Source: Amphiscolops sp. MND2022 (taxonomy: Eukaryota). From it: a stretch of DNA of 64,000 nt. Made by a program: the position numbers and the translations under genes. The stretch's first letter is position 1, and the number at the start of each line of letters is the position of its first letter. Shown here in pieces: positions 47,943 to 61,437 of this stretch. Location of the stretch: the NCBI GenBank assembly GCA_964187785.1, contig OZ076409.1:53012001-53076000 (forward strand), in the 5' to 3' direction. A model generated the notes under the pieces. That model saw nothing but the letters and a program-made list of their open reading frames with translations. It did not search any database and had not been told where the DNA came from.

Positions 47943-49827
47943 TTTTGGCTTTTGTCTAAAAGGCGCTCATTATGAAGTTGACTATTGTGGAAAAAAAACT
48001 TTGTTAGCTGGACTGCAATGCACATTGACTTCGTCATGTGCAACAAAAGAAAGTGAGAGCACTTGGCGCGTGTTTCGCATTTGTATGAGTGCAGGCGAAA
48101 CTCTCGGCGTAGCATCTTTATAAAATCCTTCCTTGTCATTCACTGTTACCGCATTAATTTTTTAGCCGCATTTATACCTTCATTGCTATCGGTAGTTTCT
48201 CAAGAATTTTTTCGATTGCAGGAGCGTTCGAATGAAGTTCATTTTTTTGGTATTCGCTTTTTGGAAAATCTATCAAAAAGACGCTTTTTGCTCCCGTTTA
48301 ACACCAACATCCGCATTTCTTCAGCGCATTCAAACAACAGTTTAGTTAATCTGCAAAAGGTTCCCAATTTTGGTTGTTTTTTGAACAATTTCCGAACTGT
48401 TTTAAAGTGGAAATGAAAATAGCTACCCAGCATTTTTCTGAAGTAAATCTGGAGCTTTTTGTTTAAGATACTCCTCTGAAGTTTTTCAAATTACGACTTT
48501 TAATAAAATTTTGTACAACTTTCGAATTTTTTAGGTAGCGATATCTGGAATTTTTTTAAGAGGAACAAATATATCCCAAGAACTTTTTCATCTATAACAT
48601 AGTTTGGACAATTTTGGGCAGCTTTCCAACAAGCTTTTCATGTGTTTGAGGGTGGGTAATTAATATACAGGGTTCAATTTCATGTTTGTTCATTTAGCAT
48701 TCTTTTGTTTCGAACGTTTGATGCAATTTTTGTGTTTCTGTGGGTATCAATACCGAGAGCCGAGTAAGTCAATAGTTAGCAGCTACTTAGCTGGAGAGAA
48801 AATAAATTCATTTTAAATCATGCCTGAAGTGTTAAGCTTTTCATTTTTTGGATGCTTCATGCATTGGACAGAGTCGAACTACATGTAATCACGATGATGT
48901 GATCAGCTATGTTCACATACCTTCACAGCGAGGCGACGTGCCATTTTTGCCAGTTTCGCCGATGGCCGACCAGTAGGGGGGTGAGCCGCCGAGGACGGAG
49001 AAAGGCCGAGTCGTGCAATCAATGTGATGAAATTTAACCATCCTATGTCGTACCAATTTTATTTTCGGCACAATGGAAGTTATTTTTCGGCGCAATAAAC
49101 AAAAGGACCGTGTGTACTGAAACCCATTCTCAATGTTGGGACAAATACGAGAGGAGCCCCTTAAAAGTCGAGTGTTGAAAAGGGTGTCGTATACGCTGCA
49201 ATCTGCAGAAGAGCGAGTAACGTTTAACCCTAAATGGACCAGGAAAATTTCAGGATTCATCCAAAAATCTGGTGCTTAAACTTCAAACCGCAATATCTCC
49301 TAAACTACTCAAGTCCAACAAACGATTTTTAGCGCGTTCAAAAGAAGACAACCAGGGCTTTCAATTTAATTTTTGAACTGTTGGGTTGGGGGCACGCCGC
49401 ATACGACTCGAACTACTTTTTCAACAATCATTTTACACCACCTTAGGGCCCTATTTGTGCAATGACATCAAAATCACACGACTGGGATCTGAGAAACAGC
49501 CAAAATCCTAGAGAATCCTGCGACAATAAACTACGTACTTTTTCAATATTTTCATCCGTTTCCGATTCTTGTGGTATTTTCACCAGTAAAAAAGGAAAAT
49601 TCAGAAACTTCAACCCCCCTCCCGAGGGTCTAAAAATGTTTTTTTCCTCAGAAAAATGGAAGGGCGCCGCTCATACTTCGAAGTTTTCGATTTAACACAT
49701 TTGGTCACCTTTCTTCAAAGTACTCTGACGCGTCCGTCTCTTCACAATCACAAAATACTCTATACTGTATCGTGAATATTTCCGTCTACATAGCACTTTA
49801 AATTGTAGATGGCAGAAAATTTTAGCA

Positions 49828-50330
49828 TAGTAGTAGTAGTAGTAATGGGGATTCAATTTACCCCTTGGGGAGTTTACACAAAGAGAGATACAGATTTACA
49901 GATGGAGAGATAAGCAAAAAGATATTAAAGCTCCCAGGATACACAAAAAGAACATTTACATTTTATATGCCAAGTACAGGTTCTGTTGAAGTCATACTTG
50001 GTTTGAGTTAAAAGAAGAAAGTACTGTCGAAGTTGGTCTTTGAAGTTATGCGAAGGAGTGATCAAGTCGATTTCAGTAGAGTCATGAAGATCATTGACCA
50101 GTTGAGTTACTCTTGGGAAAAATATCGGCGCGACGAGTTTGGGTTTCACATTACTTCACAAGGATCGGTTGTCACAATTCAGTCATCATTTTGATGTTAT
50201 CTAAAATTTTACTAGCTCAAGCCCAATCTGGAGTTTTATTATCTCAAAGCAAATCGGAATGTACGCTCACGATGAAAAACAAATTGGGGGACTCTTATTA
50301 GTCACTTGAGCAGAAAATCTGGAAAAGTTT
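49828..50330 (-). mobile_element. 3' fragment of a LINE with (TAC)n tail
   Basis: (TAG)n on the plus strand at ~49828-49845; minus ORF ends WHIKCKCSFC, like the Cys-rich tail of the 13-16 kb LINE; 5' limit approximate. Confidence 0.65.
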
Positions 50331-51097
50331 TACTTACATGTGAGCCTACCATAATTTAAAGCAAATATTTTCAGCAACATGAAGATGGCACCTCAGACCC
50401 CAAACTGGGAGGCAGAATGTTGACGACCAGCGATTGGCTTTCCTACGGACTTCCCAGGAAAACTCTGGAAAAAGGAGATCACACCGCCATGATCCGAGAC
50501 ATCGATAAAATTGAGGCAACTGATGGTGAGATTCGTAATTACAGTTCCTTTTTCGCCAAACATTATTGACCTAATCGACTCAAAGGCTCTTCACCAAATA
50601 CTGAAGAAAATTTATTCGAATTTTTTTCAACGTCAATAAAAATAGCATATTTGGGAATTTTTCATCATCAACTTTATCCATAGAACTATGAGAATATCCA
50701 AATACAACCATTATTAGCAAAAAACATTGACATGGGCCTATTTTTTTGTAGGAAAAACAGCAAAACATTTCGCAAATGATTTATTGAATAAAGAAATATA
50801 TTTATTACTAAGCAGTCTACGAACAGTCCTTTATACTAAACTTTGTGCACTTTCCAATGATTCTAAACCTTACCATTTGTTTGACTGGCAAACCCAGCAC
50901 CATTTACATGCCGAAGAGTTGATATAAAACGATTGAGATTCGGACGAATAAGTAGTTTTTCACATTTGGAACATTTTACTTTGATATTCTATTGAACAGC
51001 AATGTCTCCGTAGACCTTACGACTGATCTTTCAAAAATAGAATTCAATTCCAAAAGCCCGCCACCACACCAAGAACGTATTGACAGACTCTTTATCG

Positions 51098-51811
51098 CTA
51101 ATCACTTGTTGCATTCAGAATTGTCAGAATGTAGAGAAAGATGTTGATGATATCTAAATATAGATTAAGTGCAGCGAAGATGTACTCCTCGGGGCTGATA
51201 GAATATTGATGATTTCCACCGATCATCATCTGCGTATCCACGACTAGATACGCTGAAAATAGAAGCGCTCCAAGAGACCCATACACAGCCATCATGATTT
51301 GCGAGGGGAAGATCATAGCGATTATCCCAAAAATGAATAGACAGATGAGAACGACAAAGAGTATTCCACTGTAAACCGTGAAATCTATCTTGGTTTGAAA
51401 CGCGAATATTGTGAGAGAGATCGTGATTACAGCCGTAATTGCGATAGCAATAAAAACGATTTTTGTATCATACTGGCCCGATATTACACCAAGTAGAAAA
51501 CTTTCGCAGATTGTGAAAGTGATCAGAAGAATGAAGTTAATTGGCGAGGACCTCCGCAGATTCTCAAAGCATACTAGTGTAAATAATAACACGAATGTAA
51601 GTACCATAGCCAGAATGAACAACCATGGATTTTTCTCCGTGTAGTCTTTGACTGGATCTACAAAAACGAAAAGCGAAATGAAGCCGAGGGTGATGAGCAT
51701 TTGGACAGACAATATTGCGTACACTTTCCTGATGAAGCCATGTCGAACTGAGGTTTCATCGAAGCTGAAGGTGGCATCATTTTCCACAAGGTTGTCGCTT
51801 TCATAATACAT
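51098..51811 (-). CDS. Bax inhibitor-1 / TMBIM family, protein Lifeguard-like (237 aa, multi-pass membrane)
   Basis: RHGFIRKVYAILSVQ, FAFQTKIDFT, DTQMMIGG, SPEEYIFAALNLYLDIINIF motifs; about seven hydrophobic helices; no intron in the ORF. Confidence 0.95.
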   Translation of the reverse strand: MYYESDNLVENDATFSFDETSVRHGFIRKVYAILSVQMLITLGFISLFVFVDPVKDYTEKNPWLFILAMVLTFVLLFTLVCFENLRRSSPINFILLITFTICESFLLGVISGQYDTKIVFIAIAITAVITISLTIFAFQTKIDFTVYSGILFVVLICLFIFGIIAMIFPSQIMMAVYGSLGALLFSAYLVVDTQMMIGGNHQYSISPEEYIFAALNLYLDIINIFLYILTILNATSD

Positions 51812-52354
51812 TTTCAGAGCGCTGGAGTAGCACTGACACTTTAAACAACACTTTATACTATCTAGAAAAAATATATAGTTAAAAGTACCAACTAGACAAA
51901 TGAGCTCAGGCTTCAGGTGAGTGTTTTTTCAGTGGCGCAGAAAAGCATTGAATACTAACCACCAAGAGCAGTGATCACAGAGACGAAATTATAAGTTCAT
52001 AATCCAAAAAAATGAAGTGGATCTTGTATGTTAATGCCCCCTCTCCCCAAAAAATCCGTATTTTCAGTGTAAAAACTGATAGGTAGTTATTGTTTCGGTA
52101 ATCATTTGGGACCGAACTATTTTACGAAGTGACCAGTTTCTCAGAAGTGACGAAAAATTTCTGAGGCTCAGGTTATTCATGCAGCGCAAGTATGACTTCT
52201 TTTTCGAATCAGTGATCGCTTTGTCTGACTCAAGAACCTGACTCATGCTTTCTGACATGACTACAATTTTCTGATAAGAAATATTGCGGAACACTTCAAC
52301 ATCATCTCAAATCGAGGTCAATATTTTGGTAGAGAGTATGAGGGTGGTGATGAG

Positions 52355-52704
52355 GGGTGGGCGGAAATAGGTCGAAGGAACGGGATCGAAAATCAGAGTT
52401 AGTCCTCAGGTCGACAATATCAAATTTTTGAATGGGATCGAAACAACTCGGATCGAAATTTTAATAACGTAGTCAGATATGTTCACATACCCCTAGTGCC
52501 CTGAATGCAGGAGCGAAGCGAAGCGGAGCGACGTGCCATATGGCCATGCCTCAATGTTGCTACTTGGCGAAGGGAGCGAAGCGACCGAGCCATACAACAA
52601 ATACGATAAAATTCGACCGTATTCCATTCGATCCCTGTAATTCGATCAAGAGGTTCGACCTCAGTCCTTTCGACCAGAAAAATTCGACCTATTTACAGCC
52701 ACCC
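52355..52704. mobile_element. MITE (350 bp) with ~22-bp TIRs and 8-bp TSD
   Basis: Left GGGTGGGCGGAAATAGGTCGAA, right TTCGACCTATTTACAGCCACCC; GTGATGAG at 52347-52354 and 52705-52712. Confidence 0.8.
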
Positions 52705-52719
52705 GTGATGAGTCGTTCA

Positions 52720-55465
52720 GCTTTTGCCCAATAACAGAAAAAGATTATGATATTCTGAAACAAAAAAACTCCTCACAAACCAACTGGCCCTTGCAAAGTA
52801 CCTCCTTGGGCAATTCTTGACGGTCAACAAATCTTAGTCCCTCATCTGACATTCGTTTTGAATGAATGCAAGGACTGTGTGTTCCCCTCATACTAAAAAG
52901 GGCAGTGATAACCCAAATTTTCGAAAAAAAAGATGACATCTTGGACCCATTAAATTATCGCACCTATTCTATCACTACTCTCATCTCTAAAATCCTTGAG
53001 AAATGTTTGCACAAAGAAATAACTGCTAACGCAGAGAATCGTGGGATACACACACCACAAGTTTTTGCGCAAGATGCTATTTTGTATTCTATTGAAACAA
53101 TCCAACACGAGATCGATATTGGAAGAATTGTACACGCTGTCCTACTTGACCTATCAAAAGCATTTGACTCACTTTCACACCAAATTCTTCTCAAGAAACT
53201 TCAGTCGTTGCATTTTTCGCCTTCAGCGATACAAATCGTGGAATTTTTTAAAACAGGTCGATTGCAACAAGTGTCTGTAAATAATGTTCAATCTGAATGG
53301 GTTGAATTGAAACAAGGAGTTCCCCAAGGAACCGTCGAAGGGCCGTTATTTCTTAACTTGTGTGTGAATGATCTTCCAGAACTCATGAGCGAAACTGCTC
53401 ATGTATTACAGTATGCTGACGGTTGTTTTTGTAGTGGTAAAAAATCTGAGACTGCTCTTGAAGTTTTTCAAGAAACTTTATGTAAGTTAGCATATTTTTT
53501 TCGCCTCAATAAATTGAATTTGAATGCAAATAAAACAGAATTCATCGCCTTCTCCCTCAAAAATGATAAACGCCTCGACGACTTAGAGACAGTTATTGTA
53601 GGCTCCACCATAGTGAAGAAGTCAGACATTTCAAATAATTAGGTGTAACCATTGATAAACATCTTGGATTCCAAACGCAAGTTAAAAAGGTGCAAAAAAT
53701 ATGGCAGTCGGTATAAAAACTGTTGAAACAGTGCAGCACAGGTTTCCAACACAAGTTCTTCTTTTGACCTTCCACGCACTTGTGTTGAGTCACCTGGACT
53801 ATTCTCTTCTGTTTTTCTTCAAAATTAGTTCTTCTTTATTGCTCTCACTAGAAAAACAGATGAATTGGGCTTTGAAGAGCGTCTTTTTTCGTTCAAACAT
53901 CAAGTCGTCCTATGAATTGAGAAAAAACAAGGGTATAATCAGGATACGTCACTTGGTTATGTTCAAATCTCTGATTTACTTCTTTCAGTACATTAATAAG
54001 CAGAAAAAAAGCATTTCAAAATCAGTTGAAATTACCTACGGCATCACATCGATGGAATTCCCGTACCAATCATGTTATCTATATGGGTAAATCTCAAATG
54101 TATAAATGTTGCTCTGTATACCAAACAAGCAACGCAACATTCTTACCTAAAGTTGAAAATCCTCAAGTGTTTTTGCATGATATGACAATTCAAATTCCGA
54201 AGGTTAAAGCATTTCTTTCCAGTGCATCCTCTAATTGTTCGAGCTCTGATCCCATTCCCACGTTCGTTTTAACTCCTGTCAGGGCTACTAGCTCCACTTG
54301 TCAACCGTCTTTTTCATACCATTATCATATCAAAACAGTGGCCTGATCTCTGGAAGTGTTCTACCAAAACCCCAATTCTCAAAAACGCAAAATTTTTGTC
54401 TATTTAGCAATTTGCCTCAAATATCTCTATTTCTTGAAAAATTTATATATTGTTTCATTTATTCTCAAATACTACCATTGATTTGAGACAAACAACTCGG
54501 TTTTTCAAAAAAAGTTCAACAGTTACACAACTACTTAACTTGTTTGTGAATGATCTTCCAGAACTCATGAGCGAAACTGCTCATGTATTACAGTATGCTG
54601 ACGGTTGTTTTTATAGTGTTAAAAAATCTGAGACTGCTCTTTAAGTTTTACAAGACAATTTTCATAAGTTAGATTTTTTTCCGTCTCAATAAACTGAATA
54701 TGAATGCAATAAAACAGAATTCATCGCCTTGTCCCTCAAAAATGATAAACGCCTCGACGACTTGGAGACAATTATTGTAGGCTCCACCATAGTGAAGAAG
54801 TAAGACCATTGCAAATACTTAGGTGTAACCCTTGATAAACATCTTGGATTCCAAACGCAAGGTAAAAAGGTGCTAAAAATATGACAGTCGGTAAAAACTG
54901 TTGAAACAGTGCAGCACAGGTTTTAAACACAGGTTCTTTCTATGACTTTCCACGCACTTGTGATGAGTCACCTGGACTATTCTCTTCTGTTTTTCTTCAA
55001 AATTAGTTCTTCTTTATTGCTCTCACTAGAAAAACAGATGAATTGGGCTTTGAAGAGCGTTTTTTTTCGTTCAAACATCAAGTCGTCCTATCAATTGAGA
55101 AAAAACAAGGGTATAATCAGCATACGTCACTTGGTTATGTTCAAATCTCTGATTTACTTCTTTCAGTACATTAATAAGCAGAAAAAAAGCTTTTCAAAAT
55201 CAGTTGAAATTACCTACGGCATCACATCGATGGAATTCCCGTACCAATCATGTTATCTATATGGGTAAATTTCATCTGTTTCAACTTCTTACTCATTGTT
55301 TCTCATTATACTTCACTGAAGTGGAACTCACTACCGCTGCATATGCGAGATCCAAGTGTGAGCCTACATGTAATCAATGTCGATTAAAAATTGATCTGGA
55401 AAAAGAGTCAAATGCAATTCCTATCCAAGTAGCTAGTAAACGGCGTGATTTCCGCTTCAAATAAA
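52720..55465 (+). pseudogene. Decayed, internally duplicated LINE RT fragments
   Basis: DLSKAFDS, GVPQG, YADG motifs; block ~53350-54090 repeated at ~54530-55270 with frameshifts. Confidence 0.85.
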
Positions 55466-56749
55466 CCTGTGTTTTTCTTTCTTTCTCAAAATTGGTGGTT
55501 AAAGTCGAGAAAACTACTTATGCTTGCATAAGCCTTTTACACTTATTGTATGGTAAGCTGTCAGCTATCCCGTTACAACAATATTGTGTTGTCTTTCTCA
55601 ATACGTTTTAATATGGGAAAGATTTTATTTCTACGTAGGTGGATATTTTGTGCTGAAATTTTGGGGGACAGATAATTTTTCTGGCAGTAGGCCTGGGGGG
55701 GCAGTAGCAAACAAGATCCAGCGAAGTCTTTGGCGATAACCGGCAAGTGTGTTTTGGGCTGAAATGAGACATCGAGCGCCCAATACACAACCTGAGAGAC
55801 ATTTTGAAGCCATGGTTTTGATTGATGAAAAATGCATCCGATGCTCGACAGATACAGTTCTTCGTAACTCTTTGCAGCACAGTAACTACTAGGTTAGCTG
55901 CTATCCCAGTAGACAGACAGGTTACAAGTCACTTGGCTTGATACTATTTGGCCCAATTTTTTTATACCGGAACATCAGAATTGGATCGTCGTCATCAATC
56001 AGCGTTTTTTAAAAGCGCTTCTTTTTTCATCATGTGCCCTCATCTCGGGCGGCAGACAAAAAATCCAAGCAACATAGCAAACAAAAAAATTAAGAAGCAA
56101 GATCATGCAACCAGAGGGTTCAGTGGACCCAGGACAAATCTCAATTCAGAAACTCAATGAGGCACGTGAAATGGTAACGATTACAAAGCAGAGAAGACAT
56201 ATATTTCTCGTTGAAACAGCCTAATTTTTTCTCCGAGTCTTTTCGCTTAATAATTTTAGGCCAAATGACCACAAAATTAAACCAAGTCCATTTTACACAA
56301 GTAATTAATATTATCGGGTTTTCAGCCTAAGTCAGGGATATTCTCCAAAAAGACATAGTCTGGTCAGAGTTCAAAATTTCCAAGTTTCTGGAATATGATG
56401 CCTGTATCGTTCATTGAAGTATTTCCAGAATTAGTACAGTAGTCTGATTTTCAATCCGTCGATGTGTCCAATATCCAGATTGCTTGAAAAACGGTTGATC
56501 AAACGGGTCAGGGACACTTCGCCACCAGCCATTTGGGCAACAATATGGCGTCGCTCACTTGGGCGACAAAGTGTCAACAAAATGGGTTGATCAAATTGAT
56601 CACTCAACTGATTTACTTGAAGGGGTTTGTATCTTTGTGGTATAGCTCGCTCCGCTTCGCTCCTGTATTTAGGACACTAAGGATATGTGAACATATTCGG
56701 CCATTTCGTCGGCATGACATTTGGGCAATTTATTGTTTCTCTACATATG

Positions 56750-58003
56750 ATTAAAAACCTTCGCACTGCTGCCAAATACAAATATGAACCAACATTTTGA
56801 AAGAAGTTAAAGGATGACATACAAAATTGTATTGAACCCGACAAAACCATTTTGATTGATAGTCTATCACCCAATTCGACTTGATTTTGCTTCAAGTACC
56901 TGCGCTCATTCTCTCATAATCATTTACCCAACCAGATGCATTGGAAACATCAAAGCTAGCACCAATATTCAAATCGCTAACCTCTTCAATTCCTACTTCA
57001 GCTCTGTATACCAAACAAGCAACGCAACATTCTTACCTAAAGTCGAAAATCCTCAAGCGTTTTTGCAGGATATGACAATTCAAATTTGGAAGGTTAAAGC
57101 ATTTCTTTCCAGTGCATCCTCTAATTGTTCGAGCTCTGATCCCATTCCCACGTTCGTTTTAACTCCTGTCAGGGCTACTAGCTCCATTTGTCAACTACCA
57201 TTATCATATCAAAACAGTGGCCTGATCTCTGGAAGTGTTCAACCAAAACGCCAATTCTCAAAAACGCAAAAGTTTTGTCTATTTAGCAATTTGCCTCAAA
57301 TATCTCTATTTCTTGAAAAATTTATATTTTGTTTCATTTATCCTCAAATACTACCATTGATTTGAGACCAACAACTCGGTTTTTCAAAAAAAAGTTCAAC
57401 AGTTACACAACTACTTAACTTGTGTGTGAATGATCTTCCAGAACTCATGAGCGAAACTGCTAATGTATTACAGTATGCTGACGGTTGTTTTTGTAGTGGT
57501 AAAAACTCTGAGACTGCTCTTGAAGTTTTTCAAGAAAATTTATGTAAGTTAGAATATTTTTTCCGCCTCAATAAATTGAATTTGAATGCAAATAAAACAG
57601 AATTCATCGCCTTCTCCCTCAAAAATGATAAACGCCTCGACGACTTAGAGACAGTTATTGTAAGCTCCACCATAGTGAAGAAGTCAGACATTGCAAATAA
57701 ATAGTTGTAACCATTGATAAACATCTTGGATTCCAAACGCAAATTAAAAAGGTGCTAAAAATATGGCAGTCGGTATAAAAACAGTTGAAAAAGTGCAGCA
57801 CAGGTTTCCAACACAAGTTCTTCTTATGACTTTCCACGCACTTGTGATGAGTCACCTGGACTATTCTCTTCTGTTTTTCTTCAAAATTAGTTCTTCTTTA
57901 TTGCTCTCACTAGAAAAACAGTTGAATTGGGCTTTGAAGAGCGTCTTTTTTCGTTCAAACATCAAGTCGTCTTATGAATTGAGGAAAAACAAGGGTATAA
58001 TCA
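56750..58003 (+). pseudogene. Further copy of the chimeric LINE fragment
   Basis: Same sequence as ~54110-55120 (NDLPELMSETA.VLQYADG; LSLEKQ.NWALKSVFF). Confidence 0.85.
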
Positions 58004-60297
58004 GGCCACATCCTTGAGATCTTCTTTGGCGAACTCTTTTCTGAACAAGTCTAATACGTCTTTGAGCGTTGTGACTGGCGTGATTTGACTTGACTGCCAG
58101 TATTCTATCGCCTCATCTCGCAGAAGACTTTGGAAGAAGTGAAGCTTGTTCTCCTCTGTTATTTTATTGGCGAGTGGGCTCAGGTGGTTTAGAAGGAGGT
58201 GCTCAAATTCCACAAATTTGTCTTTCTGGCCGCGGGAGTTTGGAACATGCGTTTGTATCAGTTTGGTGTTGGTAGTTGAAATCTTGATACGCTGGGGAAT
58301 TGTTTCGATTGCGTTCAAGAGTCGTTCTTCGTGGCTTCTTGGGGTTGCATCTCCGTCGTCGTCGGTGCCGTCGTCATTATATTGGTGGATAGTGGAGGTG
58401 AATGTCGGTACCGGGTGGGTGGAGTGGGTCTCTGTAACTCCTGTCACCATGTTTTGCTTCAGTTGAGGCGGCTTTAAAAGACCCTGGGTGCTACTTGAAG
58501 GAATGTTTTCGTTCGATTTTCTAACACCTGCCATCATGAGGTCTTTCAGCTGACAAAACTCTGAATGCAATTCATTAATTTTCCTCTCGTAGTTTTCCTT
58601 CATTTCAGTTAACTGGGAGGAATAGTCGGAGTTGTCATTGATGTCAGAATCAGTAGTATTGGACTCTGCCAAAAGTAGATCCGTGGAGGTATTTTCTTCT
58701 ACTGGAAAATCGACGATCTCACCGTTTCTGAGCCTGGTACTTTGCTCTAAACTCGTACGAGAGGTGAAAAGTAATTGTGAGCGAAGGCCAGAATATTTGT
58801 GATGATTTATAGATGTTTTCTTTCATTTTTGTTTGATCGGTAATCATCGCCAAGAATTCAGTTTACAATAGTCGGGGAATCAAACTGAGATACATCAGGA
58901 GGAAGTCATTTATCTTCATCGTAATTTAAATCGAGCAGAGGTTGATTGACCAGTTGCTGACTTGACTAGTTTGGAGACTATAAATGGATGAAAATTGGAT
59001 GTAAATCTGTAATGAAGCACTGACTGTACTGTAGCTAGTCGCAATCTTCTTCTGACTAATCAATTATGGCGGTTCAAATTACAGCATTCGCGCGTTTCGG
59101 CTGGGTGGTAAAACTCAGCTCTTACCAACTTCGTTCTCATTGATTATCCCAGCTGGTGTTAATTGGTAAGTCACGTGACTACCAGTTGTGGTGCGAATTG
59201 CCGCAGGATGGCCACCTCGAATGCCAAATCTGCATACTCACTAATTTAATAATAAATCACAAGATTTACAGCTTTGCAAATTGCCTGCACATACCAATGG
59301 TTACTATGGAGATAGAAACTAGATAAAAATGATAGGTATTGCTCTAACACTGAGTCAATATACAATGAACGCGTTAAACGATGGTAAAGCGATGTTCTTC
59401 CAAGCAATACAATCAATGTTAGACACTATTTCAAGTACACGGATGGATAAGTGATGGAATCTAAACAATATCTCCTAAGATCCAGAACCAATTTAGCATA
59501 CGATGTAAAGACAATGAATTCCCAACTATAATTATTCAAATTCAGCACTAGTTGGGTTCACGATGAAAAAAGGATGGACTTCCTCCTATCTCGGCTATTC
59601 CACAACATTTCTGATCTGACTATGAATCATCGATGTGTTTAAACTCATTAAAGTAAATCCAGTACAATCGCTCTTTTGATGATGAATTTAAGATGTACCT
59701 TCTCATTTTCCCTGCTTTCTCTTGTATGGCGATAATTCAGTGATGTGTTTTACGTTCAGAAAATGAGAAGTACATTGGTTCTAAAAACCAGATTGAATAA
59801 AAGCATGTCAAGCAAGTTCACTGATGAGCTTCCGATGTGTTTCATGTAAAAGCATTAAATCACAAACCAGCGATGGTTTTACGATGTAAATAGATAAGTA
59901 AGTCCTAAATATAAATTGTTTGCAAACCCGCTGTAGGGTCCGCGATGAACTTTTGGAAAATCTCTAAGTAATGCTGCAAGCAAATCCGCTGATGGATTTG
60001 CGATGAATTATTGCAAAATGGTAACTGACGTCACCAACAGAATCCGCTGTTGGATTTGCGATGAACTTTCATTGAAGGCACCAAATTATGCGTGATTTGC
60101 AGTAACTAGTCTATTGGATGAGAAAAAGATGAACTTTTCTGTTTACGGGTCGCATAAAAAAGTATTGATGGTTACGAGATGATCTGTCACGACGGTTGCT
60201 CTGAGGCGGGAGCTTACGAAGTAACTTAGAATTCCATCCCTTTTCTGTCCGTCGGTCCAGTCTGATCGGAAAAAATATTACTCCCTTTGTCATGACA
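58004..60297 (-). mobile_element. gag: Truncated Gypsy element: LTR (58450 to about 60297), PBS at 58449, gag fragment
   Basis: ORF 58001-58672 resembles the 3405 Gag (GQKDKFVEFEHL, KLHFFQSLLRDEA, TLKDVLDLFRKEF); CA|TGGTGACAGGAG junction; the far LTR end at TGTCATGACA is tentative. Confidence 0.8.
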
Positions 60298-61437
60298 AAC
60301 CACTTTATTGAGGGTAGGACTTTTTGCCATAAGCATGATCATAATTGCGGACACTGGTACTAGAGTGCTCAATATTATTTAAATAGGTAACTCATACTCA
60401 AGAGGGGGGAAATGGGATTATGTACAAGTAACGTAGAGTTGCGCACAACCACTGCTCTTAATATATGACTTCATATTGCCCATATCTAAGTACAAAAGAC
60501 ATAGTATTTACATTACAGATGCTTAGTAGGTTATATTTCCATCATGTTGGCATGACACTCCCGGGGGAGAGATTTGGAATGAGAGTGCAGAATTCAAATG
60601 CGAAGAGGATGGTTGTCTCAGCGTGGGCCTCGAATTTGTCCTTCGTTAGTCTGGGGGAAAATTTCCTTCGTTGGTGCTTGTGGATATTGTCCTTCGTTAG
60701 TTCTGTCCCTTGTGGATCTTCTCTGAGAAGGAGACATCGGTCATCGTTTGTTTCTGGCATTAACTGGGTCATCTCGGTTAAATTAGTTAAAGTCTAGTTC
60801 TTGGCCCATCTAGTGTCCGCTGATCAGCATATTAGTGGCTGTCATACGTTTACTCGAGAGATGGGTGGTCTATGTTTCCGGTGAATTTTCGTTCGTTTAT
60901 TTGTTTAACTCCTCTGCGCTTCCCGCGCTCAAAAAACAATCAGGAGGAGAATCGTTGTTGTATTTGTAGCAGGCTTGCGCCGCTTACTTTCACTGTTCAA
61001 AGAGAAGAGTTGTTGCCATAGCAACCTGTGCGTGATCTGATTGGCTGAGTCTGAATTTTGTAACTGGAAATCAACAACTGTTTGTCATCAATAATTTCTT
61101 CGTGAACTACTCAGTATAAAGTCAACTTTTGATTTCACCACAATTTCTCTTGCGCGTTTTCCGCTCGTCTTTGTAGTAATTGTCTTGAGACTGGCAGCTG
61201 TCGTCAAATCAAATACTCGAAGAGTTTGTAATAGTTTATTTTGGGGTCGTAGTCCAATTCAGAAGAAAACGTGACAAGTTGTCTTTTGGAAGTAAAGTTT
61301 AATTCCGTCCAAAGTTGAAGGTTTTTCATCGTTTTTCTATCTTGTGATTTTTCCGAGTGTTTGGTTTGACCATTTCTTTCAACCTGTGAATGCCTTTTGA
61401 AGTCTTTCGTGAAATTAGCAGTTCGTTTTACCTCCTG

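Noticed and set aside
60298..61437. Separate LTR following purine run AGAGGGGGGAAA (~60401)
   Set aside because: No second copy, TSD or clear CA end in the window; cannot be supported.
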